Below, piece after piece: positions 8,846 to 18,150 of a stretch of DNA of 64,000 bases. The notes beneath the pieces were generated by a model that was not told the DNA's origin, did not search any database, and saw only the letters and a program-made list of their open reading frames with translations. How positions within the stretch are numbered: position 1 is the first letter of the stretch; each line of letters starts with the position of its first letter. The stretch lies in assembly GCA_963705215.1 (NCBI GenBank), contig CAVPJI010000014.1:10913-74912 (forward strand). The letters run 5' to 3'. Position numbers and translations under genes: made by a program. This stretch comes from an uncultured Chloroflexia bacterium (GTDB lineage Bacteria > Chloroflexota > Limnocylindria > Limnocylindrales > CSP1-4).

Positions 8846-9181
8846 GTGTTCTCGTTCCTGAAGCGCCTCGGCGGGCCGCAGATCGACGTCGCGGAGCTCG
8901 ACGCGCTCCTGGCTCAGGGTGCCATCCACGTCCTCGACGTCCGCGAGGAATCCGAGTTCCGCGGTGGCCATCTTCCCGGGGCGATCCACGTCCCGGTGAA
9001 GCGGCTGCCCGACCGCGTCGGCAGGCTCAAGCGCGACAAGCCGTACGCGGTGATCTGCGCGTCGGGCAGCCGGAGCCGAGGCGCCACCAACTACCTGCTC
9101 GACCAGGGCTTCGAGGGGACGGTGTCGGTGCGCGGCGGGACGGGCGCGTGGGCGCGCAGCGGTCGTCCCCTCGTGCGCTGA
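8846..9181 (+). CDS. Single-domain rhodanese (sulfurtransferase)
   Basis: LDVREESEFRGGHLPGA...ICASGSRS...GGTGAW; GGGAGG RBS before GTG. Confidence 0.88.
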   Translation: MFSFLKRLGGPQIDVAELDALLAQGAIHVLDVREESEFRGGHLPGAIHVPVKRLPDRVGRLKRDKPYAVICASGSRSRGATNYLLDQGFEGTVSVRGGTGAWARSGRPLVR

Positions 9182-9303
9182 GCGTCGGTCGCAAGGTCCT
9201 TGGGTCCGGGCCAGGCCCGGGAACGCCCACGGGATCAAGTAGCATCCCTTCCCACGATGGCAGAGACGCGCTCCCCGCAAAGGGTCTCAGCAGGGGTCCG
9301 TCC

Positions 9304-10806
9304 GTGAGCTGGACCGTCGACCAGCTGCTGCAGGAGCCGGGGCTCAGTCTGCGGACCGTCGTTCACGCCCACGGGGCTCGGGCCATCTCGTGGGTTCATC
9401 CGACCGAGCTCCCCGATCCGTCACCGTATCTCCGGGGTGGCGAGGTCGTCCTCACGACCGGGATGTGGCTCGAAGCCGGCACACCAGTGGGTGCCTTCGT
9501 CGCTGCGTTGGCGAGGAGCGGGGTGGTGGCCGTCGGCTTCGGGCTGAGCGTGGGCCATCCTGCGATGCCTCAGGGGCTCGAAGAGACCTGTCGCGAGAAC
9601 GCCCTGACGCTCTTCGAGGTTCCGCTGGACGTGTCGTTCCAGACGGTCGTGCGCGCGTTCGTCCTGCAGAACGCCCGCGAGGGCGTCGTTCCACTTCGGG
9701 CCGCAGTCCGGCACAACCAGGCGTTCGTGACCGCACTCGGCGAAGGGAAGGGGATCCGGGGCGTGCTGGAGATCATCCGCAGGGACCTCGGCGCCGACGC
9801 CCATCTGTGGGACAGGCGTGCGCAACTGATCGCCGGGACCACTACGGCTGATCCGAGTTTCGTGGATCGAGCCTGGGAATCCGTGAGGCGGCGGAACCGC
9901 CGCTTGGATCTCGGGGGGAGTGCCGTCGTGCCGATCGGGCCTCGGGGCGCTCGTGAGGCGGTCCTCCTCATCGAGCGCCCGCTCGAGAGGATGTCGGCTG
10001 CCGATGTCGCCGAGGTCGAGCAGGCAGTGAGCTTCATTGGCCTCGAGCTCGGGAGACGCCAGGCAATACAGGAGACCGTCCGCCGCTTCACCGCCGACAT
10101 CGTCGAGGGCCTCTTCGCGGCGGACGTCGACGCGGCCGCCGTCTACCGGCACCTGACCATGCTGGGGTTCGAGCCCGACGCGCCTGTGTTCCTCGTCGTC
10201 AGCCGCGTCGATGACTGTCTGGAGCCGCTCGATTGCCTCGATGCGGCCTTCAGCTCCCTCGGGGTTCGATCGGGCAGCACCTCGGCTTCGGGTCGCCTGG
10301 TGAGCTTTGCCCAGGTGAGGGCACAGGACTTCGATGCCGAGTCCATGGGCCGGGCCGCCTGGGAGTCGCTCGGCCCCGGAGCCTGCGTCGGCGTGGGGAG
10401 CCTGGCGCTCGAGCCGGCAGGTCTCCGGCGGAGCCTGCTCGAGGCCGACTACGCGTGCCGCCTGGCGATGCGGCGCGGCGGTGGCGAGCCACACCATGCT
10501 TCGTACACTGCGGTGGGATCTCACCTCCTCCTGCTGGCACTGCTGGATGAGGATGTGCTGGCCGTCTACCGGCGAGCGGTGCTCCAGCCGCTGCTCGACC
10601 ACGACTCCCACAGCCCGGTCAACCTCATCGAGACGCTGCGGGTCTTCCTGGCCTCCGGTCAGCACCTGGCGTCCGCCGCCTCCCAGCTCGGGGTCCACGT
10701 CAACACGCTCCGCCACCGGCTTCAGCTCGTCGAGCAGCTCACAGGCCGCGACCTCAGATCGATGGCCGACCTGACGGACCTCTACCTCGCGATCGCGCTG
10801 GACTGA
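9304..10806 (+). CDS. PucR/CdaR family transcriptional regulator
   Basis: N-terminal PucR domain (ISWVHPTELPDPSPYLRGGEVVLTTG) and C-terminal HTH (LIETLRVFL...AASQLGVHVNTLRHRL). Confidence 0.9.
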   Translation: MSWTVDQLLQEPGLSLRTVVHAHGARAISWVHPTELPDPSPYLRGGEVVLTTGMWLEAGTPVGAFVAALARSGVVAVGFGLSVGHPAMPQGLEETCRENALTLFEVPLDVSFQTVVRAFVLQNAREGVVPLRAAVRHNQAFVTALGEGKGIRGVLEIIRRDLGADAHLWDRRAQLIAGTTTADPSFVDRAWESVRRRNRRLDLGGSAVVPIGPRGAREAVLLIERPLERMSAADVAEVEQAVSFIGLELGRRQAIQETVRRFTADIVEGLFAADVDAAAVYRHLTMLGFEPDAPVFLVVSRVDDCLEPLDCLDAAFSSLGVRSGSTSASGRLVSFAQVRAQDFDAESMGRAAWESLGPGACVGVGSLALEPAGLRRSLLEADYACRLAMRRGGGEPHHASYTAVGSHLLLLALLDEDVLAVYRRAVLQPLLDHDSHSPVNLIETLRVFLASGQHLASAASQLGVHVNTLRHRLQLVEQLTGRDLRSMADLTDLYLAIALD

Positions 10807-10819
10807 CCCGAGCGCGTCC

Positions 10820-10839
10820 CGTTGTAGAAACCTCCAACG
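10820..10839. promoter_or_regulatory. Candidate PucR/CdaR-type operator
   Basis: CGTTGTAG-AAAC-CTCCAACG inverted repeat between the regulator and the permease; TTGACC at 10869. Confidence 0.55.
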
Positions 10840-10973
10840 CTCGTGCGCCGAAGGCACTCCCCTGACAATTGACCCGTGCGGCGGGGAGTGGCGAGACTTG
10901 GAGCGCAGCGAGCAGCAGCTGCCCGGACTGCCGCGACCCTCACCACGACCATGTCAAGAAACGGGAGGGAGCA

Positions 10974-12074
10974 GTGACCCTAGACTTCCTAACCATCGAG
11001 GACATTCTCGCAGCGTTGGCCACGCTGGCGGATGCCATCGGCGAGGGCTTCGTGGCCCTGAGCCTCGGCTTCGCATCGGCTCCCACCGGCATCGGGTTCC
11101 TCGTCGGGGCCGGTGCGCTCCTGGTGTTCCGCTCGGTCGTCCCGGTCTCGTTCGAGGTCGAGTCGCTGACCGTGGTGTCGCGGTTGTGCGAACGCGACTG
11201 GAAGCGCATGGCGCAGAGCGTCCTGGTCGCGGGAGTCGTCGGGGCGGCGTTGGGCATCCTCGGCGTCTTCGGGATGATCGTCGACTTCATCGACGGCCCG
11301 ATCCTGTCGGGGATGATGACCGGCGTCGGGCTGATCCTCAGCTTCGTCGCCTACGAGACCTTCAAAGAGAACAGGATCATCGGCGGCGTCTCGATCGTTG
11401 TCGCGCTGGGCACGTTCTTCCTGCTCATCAACGATCCGAACAACCTCATCTACGCCCTGTTCGCGAGCGTCGCGGCGGCGATCGTCGTGTCGCGGTTCGT
11501 CGAGTTCAAGCCCATCGTCGATCCTAATGCCCCGCGGGAGAAGATCGGGCTGATCCCGCTTGATCGGTTCGCCTTCCTCAAGGACATCCGCGTGATCCGG
11601 GCGGCCCTCGCCCTCCTCGCCCTGCGAATCGGCACCAGCATCGCCTATTCAGGGATCGACGGGCAGCTGTCCGGGACCGAGCCGAACGTGGACCACACGA
11701 ACATCATCGCCGGACTCGCGGGCGCCGCATCCGCCGCGTTCGGCGGGGCTCCCGTGGAGCCCATCATCTCGGGCACGGCCGCTGCGCCGAACCCCGTGAC
11801 GTCGGGGTTCATCATGATGGTCATCATGGGCGTCCTGCTTCTCCTCGGCCTGCTGCCGAAGCTGGCGAGGTGGGTGCCCACCGCGTCGATTGCCGGCTTC
11901 CTCTTCCTGTTGGGCGCGGTGCTCGCCATCCCCGGCAACATCGGCGGGGTGATCACCGAGACAGACACCTTCAGCGGCCCGGTGACGGTTGCGGTGACCG
12001 CGGTCACGTTCGACCCGTTCCTGGGCATGGTCTGCGGAATCCTCGTCCGCTTCGTCACCGGCCTCGTGATGTAG
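10974..12074 (+). CDS. NCS2/AzgA-like nucleobase-type permease
   Basis: 366 aa, very hydrophobic; GGAPVEPIISGTAAA substrate-loop-like segment; GGGAGG RBS; downstream of PucR. Confidence 0.6.
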   Translation: MTLDFLTIEDILAALATLADAIGEGFVALSLGFASAPTGIGFLVGAGALLVFRSVVPVSFEVESLTVVSRLCERDWKRMAQSVLVAGVVGAALGILGVFGMIVDFIDGPILSGMMTGVGLILSFVAYETFKENRIIGGVSIVVALGTFFLLINDPNNLIYALFASVAAAIVVSRFVEFKPIVDPNAPREKIGLIPLDRFAFLKDIRVIRAALALLALRIGTSIAYSGIDGQLSGTEPNVDHTNIIAGLAGAASAAFGGAPVEPIISGTAAAPNPVTSGFIMMVIMGVLLLLGLLPKLARWVPTASIAGFLFLLGAVLAIPGNIGGVITETDTFSGPVTVAVTAVTFDPFLGMVCGILVRFVTGLVM

Positions 12075-12141
12075 CCAGCTTTCCCGGTCACGGCAAATCC
12101 GGCGCACCGGTTCAACACCGCGCCAGGCACGGAGGTTACAG

Positions 12142-12747
12142 ATGATCATCGGCAACGCCGCGCTCCTCGTTATCGACATGCAGTACGACTTCCTGGCCGA
12201 GGGCGCACCCGTCTACTGCGTCGGCGGAATGGAGATGGTTCCCCGCGTCAGGAAGCTGATCGACGCCTGCAAGGCGGCCGGGATCCCGGCCATCTTCACG
12301 CAGGAGGTTCATCGGGCCACGCGCATCGACATGGGACGTGAGCTCGATGGCAACGAGCCAGACCACTGCCTTATCGGCTCGCGAGGGGTCCAGATCCACG
12401 ACGACCTGCAGCCGGGCCCGGACGATCTGCGGGTGCCAAAGCCCAGGTACGACGCTTTCCTTGGCACGGACCTGCCGTACGTCCTCAATGGTCTCAAGGT
12501 GTTCCCCCACGACACCCTGATCATCTGCGGCGTGGCGTCCAACGTCTGCGTCCACTACACCAGCGCCGGGGCCCACCAGCGCGACTACCGGGTCAAGGTC
12601 GTGGAGGACTGCTGCGCAGGCAGCAGCGTCGAGGAGCACGAGGCGGCCATCACGCAGATCAACTACCTGCAGAACGGCGCCCGGGTGAAGCTCGCCGAGT
12701 TCCTGGAGGACATCGCCGAGTACGGGGCGCGCAAGGTGCCCGGCTGA
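12142..12747 (+). CDS. Isochorismatase-family cysteine hydrolase
   Basis: LLVIDMQYDF...KPRYDAF...GVASNVCVHYT (D-K-C triad). Confidence 0.88.
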   Translation: MIIGNAALLVIDMQYDFLAEGAPVYCVGGMEMVPRVRKLIDACKAAGIPAIFTQEVHRATRIDMGRELDGNEPDHCLIGSRGVQIHDDLQPGPDDLRVPKPRYDAFLGTDLPYVLNGLKVFPHDTLIICGVASNVCVHYTSAGAHQRDYRVKVVEDCCAGSSVEEHEAAITQINYLQNGARVKLAEFLEDIAEYGARKVPG

Positions 12748-12753
12748 CCCGCG

Positions 12754-12780
12754 CCCGTGGGCGTAAGCCACGCCCACGGG
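12754..12780 (+). terminator. Hairpin after the cysteine hydrolase gene
   Basis: CCCGTGGGCGT-aagcc-ACGCCCACGGG perfect 11-bp stem; no U-tract. Confidence 0.5.
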
Positions 12781-12891
12781 GAGCAGGGACTCGGGAAGCC
12801 GCGGAGACCCTGCAGGACATTGATCCCGTTGAGAGACCAGTCAAGTCCCGTCTGGTTCTCGTCGGCTAGCTCAGAGAGGAGGAGGGCATCC

Positions 12892-13869
12892 ATGACAACC
12901 AGGGCGACGGGCGGGCCAGCCGCCGGAGCCGAGTCGCTGCCCCCCTCGTCGCCGCCGTACGTGATGAAGATCAACGACCACGTCGTCGGCTTCTACGTCG
13001 GCCGGGGGCTGACCGGCCCGTCGGGCCTGGAGGATCTCTACCCGGAGAACTGGGTCAACTACGGGTCCTGGGACCTCGGCGGGATCAACTACGCCGTATA
13101 CAGGGGCGACGAGGCGATCCTGTACGACGCCGGGACGCTGCCGTCGCTGGGCCAGTGGGAGCGCGACTACCTGACGAACGAGCTGGGGATCAAGCGCTTC
13201 ACCGTCGTGCTCTCTCACTGGCTCCTCCCCCGCATCGCCGGCCTCGCTGCGTTCGCCGACTGCCCGATCTACGCCAACGCCGCCACCAACGCCTACCTGC
13301 GCAGCAACCGGAAGGTGATGGAGGCGGGGACACTCTGGGGACCGCCCGGCGTCCCGGTTGTGATGCCAACGAAGGTGATCGGCCTCGAGAGGCCACTCAC
13401 GCTCTCGGTCGGTGACATGACGGTCCAGTTCCGCCACTACCACATCCACACCCGCGACAGCTGGGCGATGGTCATCCCGGCCGACCGGGCCCTCTATCCC
13501 GGTGACATGCTCGAGGACACGATCACGTACATGGTCGATCCGGGCCGGGTCCCGACGCACATCAAGGAGCTTGGGCGGATGCGCCGGCTCCGCGTCGACC
13601 GGATCTACCCGAACCACGGCGACCCGGACGTGATCATCGCCGGCGGCTACACGACGTCGCTCATCGACGCCGTGAGCGAGTACGACCGGAGCATGCTCCG
13701 GCATGTCCACGACGCCCAATACCTGGAGATGAGCATCGAGGAGGCGATCCCGAACGCGCTCGCGACCGGCGCCGTCTCTGTCTGGGGGTCGTACCGTGCG
13801 GCTCACCGGCACAACCTCGAGCTGATGCTCGGCCACTGGCAGCACGAGCTGCCGGGTGGTCCTGCCTGA
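12892..13869 (+). CDS. Metallo-beta-lactamase-fold protein with degenerate metal motif
   Basis: AILYDAG...VVLSHWLLPRIAG (where HxHxDH is expected)...HIHTRD...GDMLED...YPNHGD. Confidence 0.75.
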   Translation: MTTRATGGPAAGAESLPPSSPPYVMKINDHVVGFYVGRGLTGPSGLEDLYPENWVNYGSWDLGGINYAVYRGDEAILYDAGTLPSLGQWERDYLTNELGIKRFTVVLSHWLLPRIAGLAAFADCPIYANAATNAYLRSNRKVMEAGTLWGPPGVPVVMPTKVIGLERPLTLSVGDMTVQFRHYHIHTRDSWAMVIPADRALYPGDMLEDTITYMVDPGRVPTHIKELGRMRRLRVDRIYPNHGDPDVIIAGGYTTSLIDAVSEYDRSMLRHVHDAQYLEMSIEEAIPNALATGAVSVWGSYRAAHRHNLELMLGHWQHELPGGPA

Positions 13870-13930
13870 GCCCGCTCCACGGCACAGCCTGAACTGCTCA
13901 AGGAGCCCGCGCCGGCCGCCATGGCCTGCG

Positions 13931-14602
13931 TCAGGGCTGGCTCGTCGGTGCCGACGAGGCGCGTCTCGGCAGGTCGCGCTCCATCGCGCCCGTCATCCGG
14001 ATGAGCGTGGCGGCCAGCGCGATGAACGCGACACCGGCCAGCCAGCCCCCGAGGACGTCGGTCGGGTAGTGGACACCGAGGGCGATCCGCGAGAGCCCCA
14101 CGAGGAACGGCAGCGTCACACCGGAGATCACGGCGGCGCGGCGGATCGCGAGCGGGAGCCGGCTCCGCCAGGCGACGACGGCCAGGAGCCCATACGTCGC
14201 TGTGCTGTTCAGCGTGTGACCCGAGGGGAAGCTGTAGCCGGACGCCGATACGAGCGGCTCACCCGGAGGTCGCGGCCGGGCCACGAAGTCCTTGACGAGG
14301 TCGGTGAAGAGCGTCGCCGCGATGAGCACGACGCCGACGATCAGCGCCAGGCGGACGCGACGGGAGAGCCCGGCGGCAAGGACGAACGCTGCTCCGATCG
14401 GCACGAGGATCGCCCCGCCGAGGAATGTGCAGGCTTCCCAGAACCAGGTCGGGATGGGAAGCGCCTGCAGGGTGGCCGCGAACGGCTCATCGAACGCGAG
14501 GCCGCCGCGATGGACGACCAGCGTCGCGAGGACGACGAAGGCGAGCGCGCAGGCGAGGCCCACCCAGGGCCACACGTCGCGACGGGCCGAGCGCACGTCC
14601 AT
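13931..14602 (-). CDS. PAP2 family phosphatase
   Basis: KDFVARPRP, SFPSGH and SRIALGVHYPTDVLGG motifs. Confidence 0.9.
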   Translation of the reverse strand: MDVRSARRDVWPWVGLACALAFVVLATLVVHRGGLAFDEPFAATLQALPIPTWFWEACTFLGGAILVPIGAAFVLAAGLSRRVRLALIVGVVLIAATLFTDLVKDFVARPRPPGEPLVSASGYSFPSGHTLNSTATYGLLAVVAWRSRLPLAIRRAAVISGVTLPFLVGLSRIALGVHYPTDVLGGWLAGVAFIALAATLIRMTGAMERDLPRRASSAPTSQP

Positions 14603-14695
14603 GGCGGCGCAGCATATGGGACGCGACGCCGGGGCGAGCGGGCTGACTCAGGGTGAGGCACACGAACGCGACGCGCCCGGGTCGCCCCTGCCGGC

Positions 14696-15097
14696 CTACT
14701 GGACGGTGATCGTCCCCGTCATGGAGGAGTGGATTCCGCAGTGGTAGGCGAAGGTGCCGGCCGTCGCGAAGGTCTGGCTGAACGTCCCGCCCTTCCCGAG
14801 CGTGCCGCTCTTGAACGAGCCGTCGTCGGCCGTGACGGTGTGACTGGCGCTGTCGTTGTTGGTCCAGGTGACCGTCGTCCCGACGGAGACCGTCAGCGTG
14901 GCCGGCTGGAACGTGAAGCTGGCGATCGACACGGCGCTGCCCGCGGCGGCCGGGGGAACGCCTGAGGGAGCGGTTGACGCCGCCGGCGGCGGGGCGCTCG
15001 ACTGGGGCGCGGTGGGCGCCGGCGAGGAGCTGCTCGAGCAGGCGGCAAGCGCAAGCATGGCGGGCAGGATCAGGGTTGCGAGTCGAGCGTGACGCAT
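14696..15097 (-). CDS. Cupredoxin (plastocyanin/azurin-like) lipoprotein
   Basis: Lipobox LAAC; HTVT and YHCGIHSSM type-1 copper ligands. Confidence 0.88.
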   Translation of the reverse strand: MRHARLATLILPAMLALAACSSSSSPAPTAPQSSAPPPAASTAPSGVPPAAAGSAVSIASFTFQPATLTVSVGTTVTWTNNDSASHTVTADDGSFKSGTLGKGGTFSQTFATAGTFAYHCGIHSSMTGTITVQ

Positions 15098-15243
15098 GGC
15101 TATCCCCCAGGTGGCAGGCGGCGAGCCGCCGAACGAGCGCGACGAGTGACGATCTGTGGGCGCGGAGTCTAGTCCCCCTGCGCCGGCAACACCCGGCCGC
15201 CTCTTGCGCGGCGGGACGTGCAGCGAGCGATCTGCAGGGGGGC

Positions 15244-15288
15244 TTGACAGCGCCAGGCGATCACGGATAATGTGAGTGAGCGCTCACT
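15244..15288 (+). promoter_or_regulatory. Promoter with TetR-type operator
   Basis: TTGACA (15244)-16 bp-GATAAT (15266); perfect palindrome AGTGAGCGCTCACT (15275-15288). Confidence 0.75.
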
Positions 15289-15314
15289 TGCGCCCGATAC
15301 CCATGAGGCGTCAC

Positions 15315-16262
15315 ATGTCCGTCGTCACCACCACGAACCTGAGCCGTCGGTTCGGGCCGATCACGGCCCTCGACCGGCTCACGGTCGAGCTTCCCGCCGC
15401 CGGCGTCATCGGCCTGGTTGGACCGAACGGGTCGGGGAAGTCCACCCTGATCCGCATCCTGCTGGGCCTGATCCGGCCCACGGGCGGCAGCGCGTCGGTC
15501 CTGGGCTCGACGATCAGCCACCCGGCGCGCTACGCCGCGCGGGTGGGAGTCCTCGTCGAGAGCCCTGCGTTCATCCCGGGCCTGTCGGCGCGGGCCAACC
15601 TCGTGTCGCTGGCTCGCCTCCGGCGGCTCCCGCTCGCGCGCGTCGATGCCGTGCTTGCCCAGGTCGGCCTCGTGGGCCGCGATCGAGAGCCCGTGAAGCG
15701 CTTCTCGCTCGGGATGAAGCAGCGCCTCGGGATCGCCGCGGCCCTCCTGTCCGACCCCGAGCTGCTCATCCTCGACGAGCCGACCAACGGGCTGGACCCG
15801 GCGGGGATCGTGGAGATCCGGGAGCTGCTCCGCGACCTCGGCCGGGAGGGGCGGACCGTCCTCGTCTCCTCGCACCAGCTCTCGGAGATCGAGGCAGTCT
15901 GCGACCACCTCGTCGTCATTCGCTTCGGCGAGCTGGTCTTCTCCGGCCCCATGGCCGAGATGATGAAGCGGACCCGCGAGCACATCGACATCGCGGCCGA
16001 GCATGCCGCCGACATGGACCGCCTGGACGCCGCCCTCGTGGCCGGAGGCTGGGCGGTCACCGCGGTGGACGACGTGCTTCGAGTCGCCGCGGCCGCCGAT
16101 CGGGCCGCCGACCTCAACAGGGCGGCGGCGGCCGCGGGCGTGACGCTCAGCCGGCTGGTCTTCGCCCAGGACAACCTCGAGGAGATCTTCCTGGAGATGA
16201 CCGGTCGCGTGGACGGCGAGCTGGCGAACGGCCGCGCCGCAGTCGATGAGAAGGTGGCGTGA
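15315..16262 (+). CDS. ABC-2 type exporter ATP-binding protein
   Basis: GPNGSGKST, FSLGMKQR, LILDEPTNGLDP, VSSH. Confidence 0.92.
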   Translation: MSVVTTTNLSRRFGPITALDRLTVELPAAGVIGLVGPNGSGKSTLIRILLGLIRPTGGSASVLGSTISHPARYAARVGVLVESPAFIPGLSARANLVSLARLRRLPLARVDAVLAQVGLVGRDREPVKRFSLGMKQRLGIAAALLSDPELLILDEPTNGLDPAGIVEIRELLRDLGREGRTVLVSSHQLSEIEAVCDHLVVIRFGELVFSGPMAEMMKRTREHIDIAAEHAADMDRLDAALVAGGWAVTAVDDVLRVAAAADRAADLNRAAAAAGVTLSRLVFAQDNLEEIFLEMTGRVDGELANGRAAVDEKVA

Positions 16263-17059
16263 TGATCGCCGCGGTTCGGAGTGAGCTGACGCGCCTGCGC
16301 CAGCCTCGTCTCCTGGTCACCTGGTTCGGCCTCATGACCCTTTTCGCCGTGATGATCAACACGGTCATGATCACCTTCTCGACCGGCGGGGGAAGCCTGC
16401 CGCCCGGGGCACCCGGCGTCGCGTTCCCCACCCTCGCCGAGCTGGAGAGCCCGTCCGGCCTGATGTCTGGCCTGGCCGCAGCCTCGAGCATGTTCGGCAT
16501 GGTGACGCTCTCCATCTGGGCCGTCGTGACCGCGAGTGACTACGGCAGCGGCCTGATCCGCCTCCTCGTGGCCGCGGAGCCGCGCCGGTGGCGGCTGCTC
16601 GCTGGGAAGGTCGTCGCGCTGGTCATCCTCACGGCCGCCGCTACGACGGTCGCCGCCATCGTCAACGTCCTCGCGGTCATGCCGGTAGCCGGGGCGGCGG
16701 GCATCTCGACGGCCGCTTGGGGAACCGACCTGGTCGCGGTGGTCGCCGGCGCGTGGGTGAACCTCTTCCTGGCCCTCTGCGTCTGGGGCGTGCTTGGCCT
16801 CGTCATCGCGACGCTTGCCCGTTCGGCGGCCGTGGCGATCGCGATCGGTGTGGGCTACGTCCTCGTCGTCGAGTCGATCGTCAAGATGCTGGAGGGCGTC
16901 CCGTCTGACTGGCTCCTCGGGACAACCCTCAACGCCGTCGCCAACGGCGGCACGGCCGCCGTCGCCTACGGCACGGCCCTCGCCCTCGGGTTCGGCTATG
17001 TCACCCTTGGCCTGGTCCTCGCGGGTGCCGTGTTCATCCGGCGGGACGTCACCGATTGA
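16259..17059 (+). CDS. ABC-2 type exporter permease
   Basis: Six hydrophobic segments, SDYGSGLIR motif, C-terminal FIRRDV. Confidence 0.88.
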   Translation: MMIAAVRSELTRLRQPRLLVTWFGLMTLFAVMINTVMITFSTGGGSLPPGAPGVAFPTLAELESPSGLMSGLAAASSMFGMVTLSIWAVVTASDYGSGLIRLLVAAEPRRWRLLAGKVVALVILTAAATTVAAIVNVLAVMPVAGAAGISTAAWGTDLVAVVAGAWVNLFLALCVWGVLGLVIATLARSAAVAIAIGVGYVLVVESIVKMLEGVPSDWLLGTTLNAVANGGTAAVAYGTALALGFGYVTLGLVLAGAVFIRRDVTD

Positions 17060-17105
17060 GGGCAGCGCCGGCGGTGTCGCGGCGACCGGGGCTCGAGGTA
17101 CGCGG

Positions 17106-17717
17106 ATGACCAAGCGAGGCGAGGCAACACGGGCGAGGCTCATCGAGGCGACGCGCAGCGTCGTCCGCGAGGTCGGCTACGCCCACGCCTCGACCCGGGC
17201 GATCGCCCAGGCGGCGGGAGTTGCCGAAGGGACGATCTACCGCCACTTCCCGGACAAGGCGGCGCTCTTCTTCGCGACCGTCCTCGCGGCGAACGCCCCG
17301 ATCGTCGCCTGGGTCACCACGCTGCCCGCGCGGGCAGGCGAGGGCACGGTCGAGGAGAACCTCACCGATGCCGCGGTTCGGCTCGCCGGCCTGCGGGACC
17401 AGATCCTCCCGCTCGAGTTGGCGATCGCCGCCGATCCCGAGCTCGCGGCGCAGCGCCGGCAGGCGATGGCGGCCGCAGGCTCCTCGCTGCCGCCCGGGCC
17501 GCCGGAGGCCGTGGCCGCCTACCTCGCCGCCGAGCAGCAGTTGGGGCGCATCCGCGAGGATGTCGACCCCCGAGAGGCGGCCGCCGTCCTCCTCGGGATG
17601 CTGTTTGCGCTCGGCACCATGCCGGCGATCGGGGACGAGGGCGTCAGCCCCGACCGCGTTGCCTCCGCGGTGCGGCTCATCGTCCGCGGGATCCAGCCGA
17701 CGCAGCCCGAGCCCTGA
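17106..17717 (+). CDS. TetR/AcrR family regulator
   Basis: STRAIAQAAGVAEGTIYRHFPDK HTH. Confidence 0.9.
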   Translation: MTKRGEATRARLIEATRSVVREVGYAHASTRAIAQAAGVAEGTIYRHFPDKAALFFATVLAANAPIVAWVTTLPARAGEGTVEENLTDAAVRLAGLRDQILPLELAIAADPELAAQRRQAMAAAGSSLPPGPPEAVAAYLAAEQQLGRIREDVDPREAAAVLLGMLFALGTMPAIGDEGVSPDRVASAVRLIVRGIQPTQPEP

Positions 17718-17753
17718 CCGCCACCGATCGGCGAGGAGCGGGGACACCGAAGC

Positions 17754-18110
17754 CTACTTCGGGCGAACCAGCCAGGCGCTCCAGGTCGCCTCGTCCCGGC
17801 CGACCGTGACCTTCTCGCCGTAGCGGACCAGGGGGAGCCGCAGGATGCGCGCGTCGGCGTGGATCCGCGCCACGAGGCCCGCCGTGTCCGCAGGGACCAG
17901 GGCCAGGCCGGCATCCCGGTACGCACGGCCCTCGACGTCCATCAGCGCGGCCGCGCCCAGCCGGTCAAGGAACGGCCGAAGCTCCTCCGCCGCCATCTGC
18001 CGCTTGCGCACGTCGACGAAGGTGGCGACGATCCGTCGCTCCCGGAAGAACCGCAGCGCGGCACGCGTGGCCTGCGAGTCAGCCAGGCCGAAGACCAGGA
18101 TCTTCGGCAT
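17754..18110 (-). CDS. ArsC/Spx/MgsR-like protein without cysteines
   Basis: ILVFG..DSQATRAALRFFRERRI...ILRLPLVR...VTVG. Confidence 0.7.
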   Translation of the reverse strand: MPKILVFGLADSQATRAALRFFRERRIVATFVDVRKRQMAAEELRPFLDRLGAAALMDVEGRAYRDAGLALVPADTAGLVARIHADARILRLPLVRYGEKVTVGRDEATWSAWLVRPK

Positions 18111-18150
18111 CTTCTTCGTCGGCGTCCTGCCGAGGGGGGCGGGCACCGGA

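Noticed and set aside
15271-15290. GTGAGCGCTCAC equals the core of the symmetric lac operator
   Set aside because: No AATT flanks, vector sequence or LacI gene; better explained as the local TetR operator.
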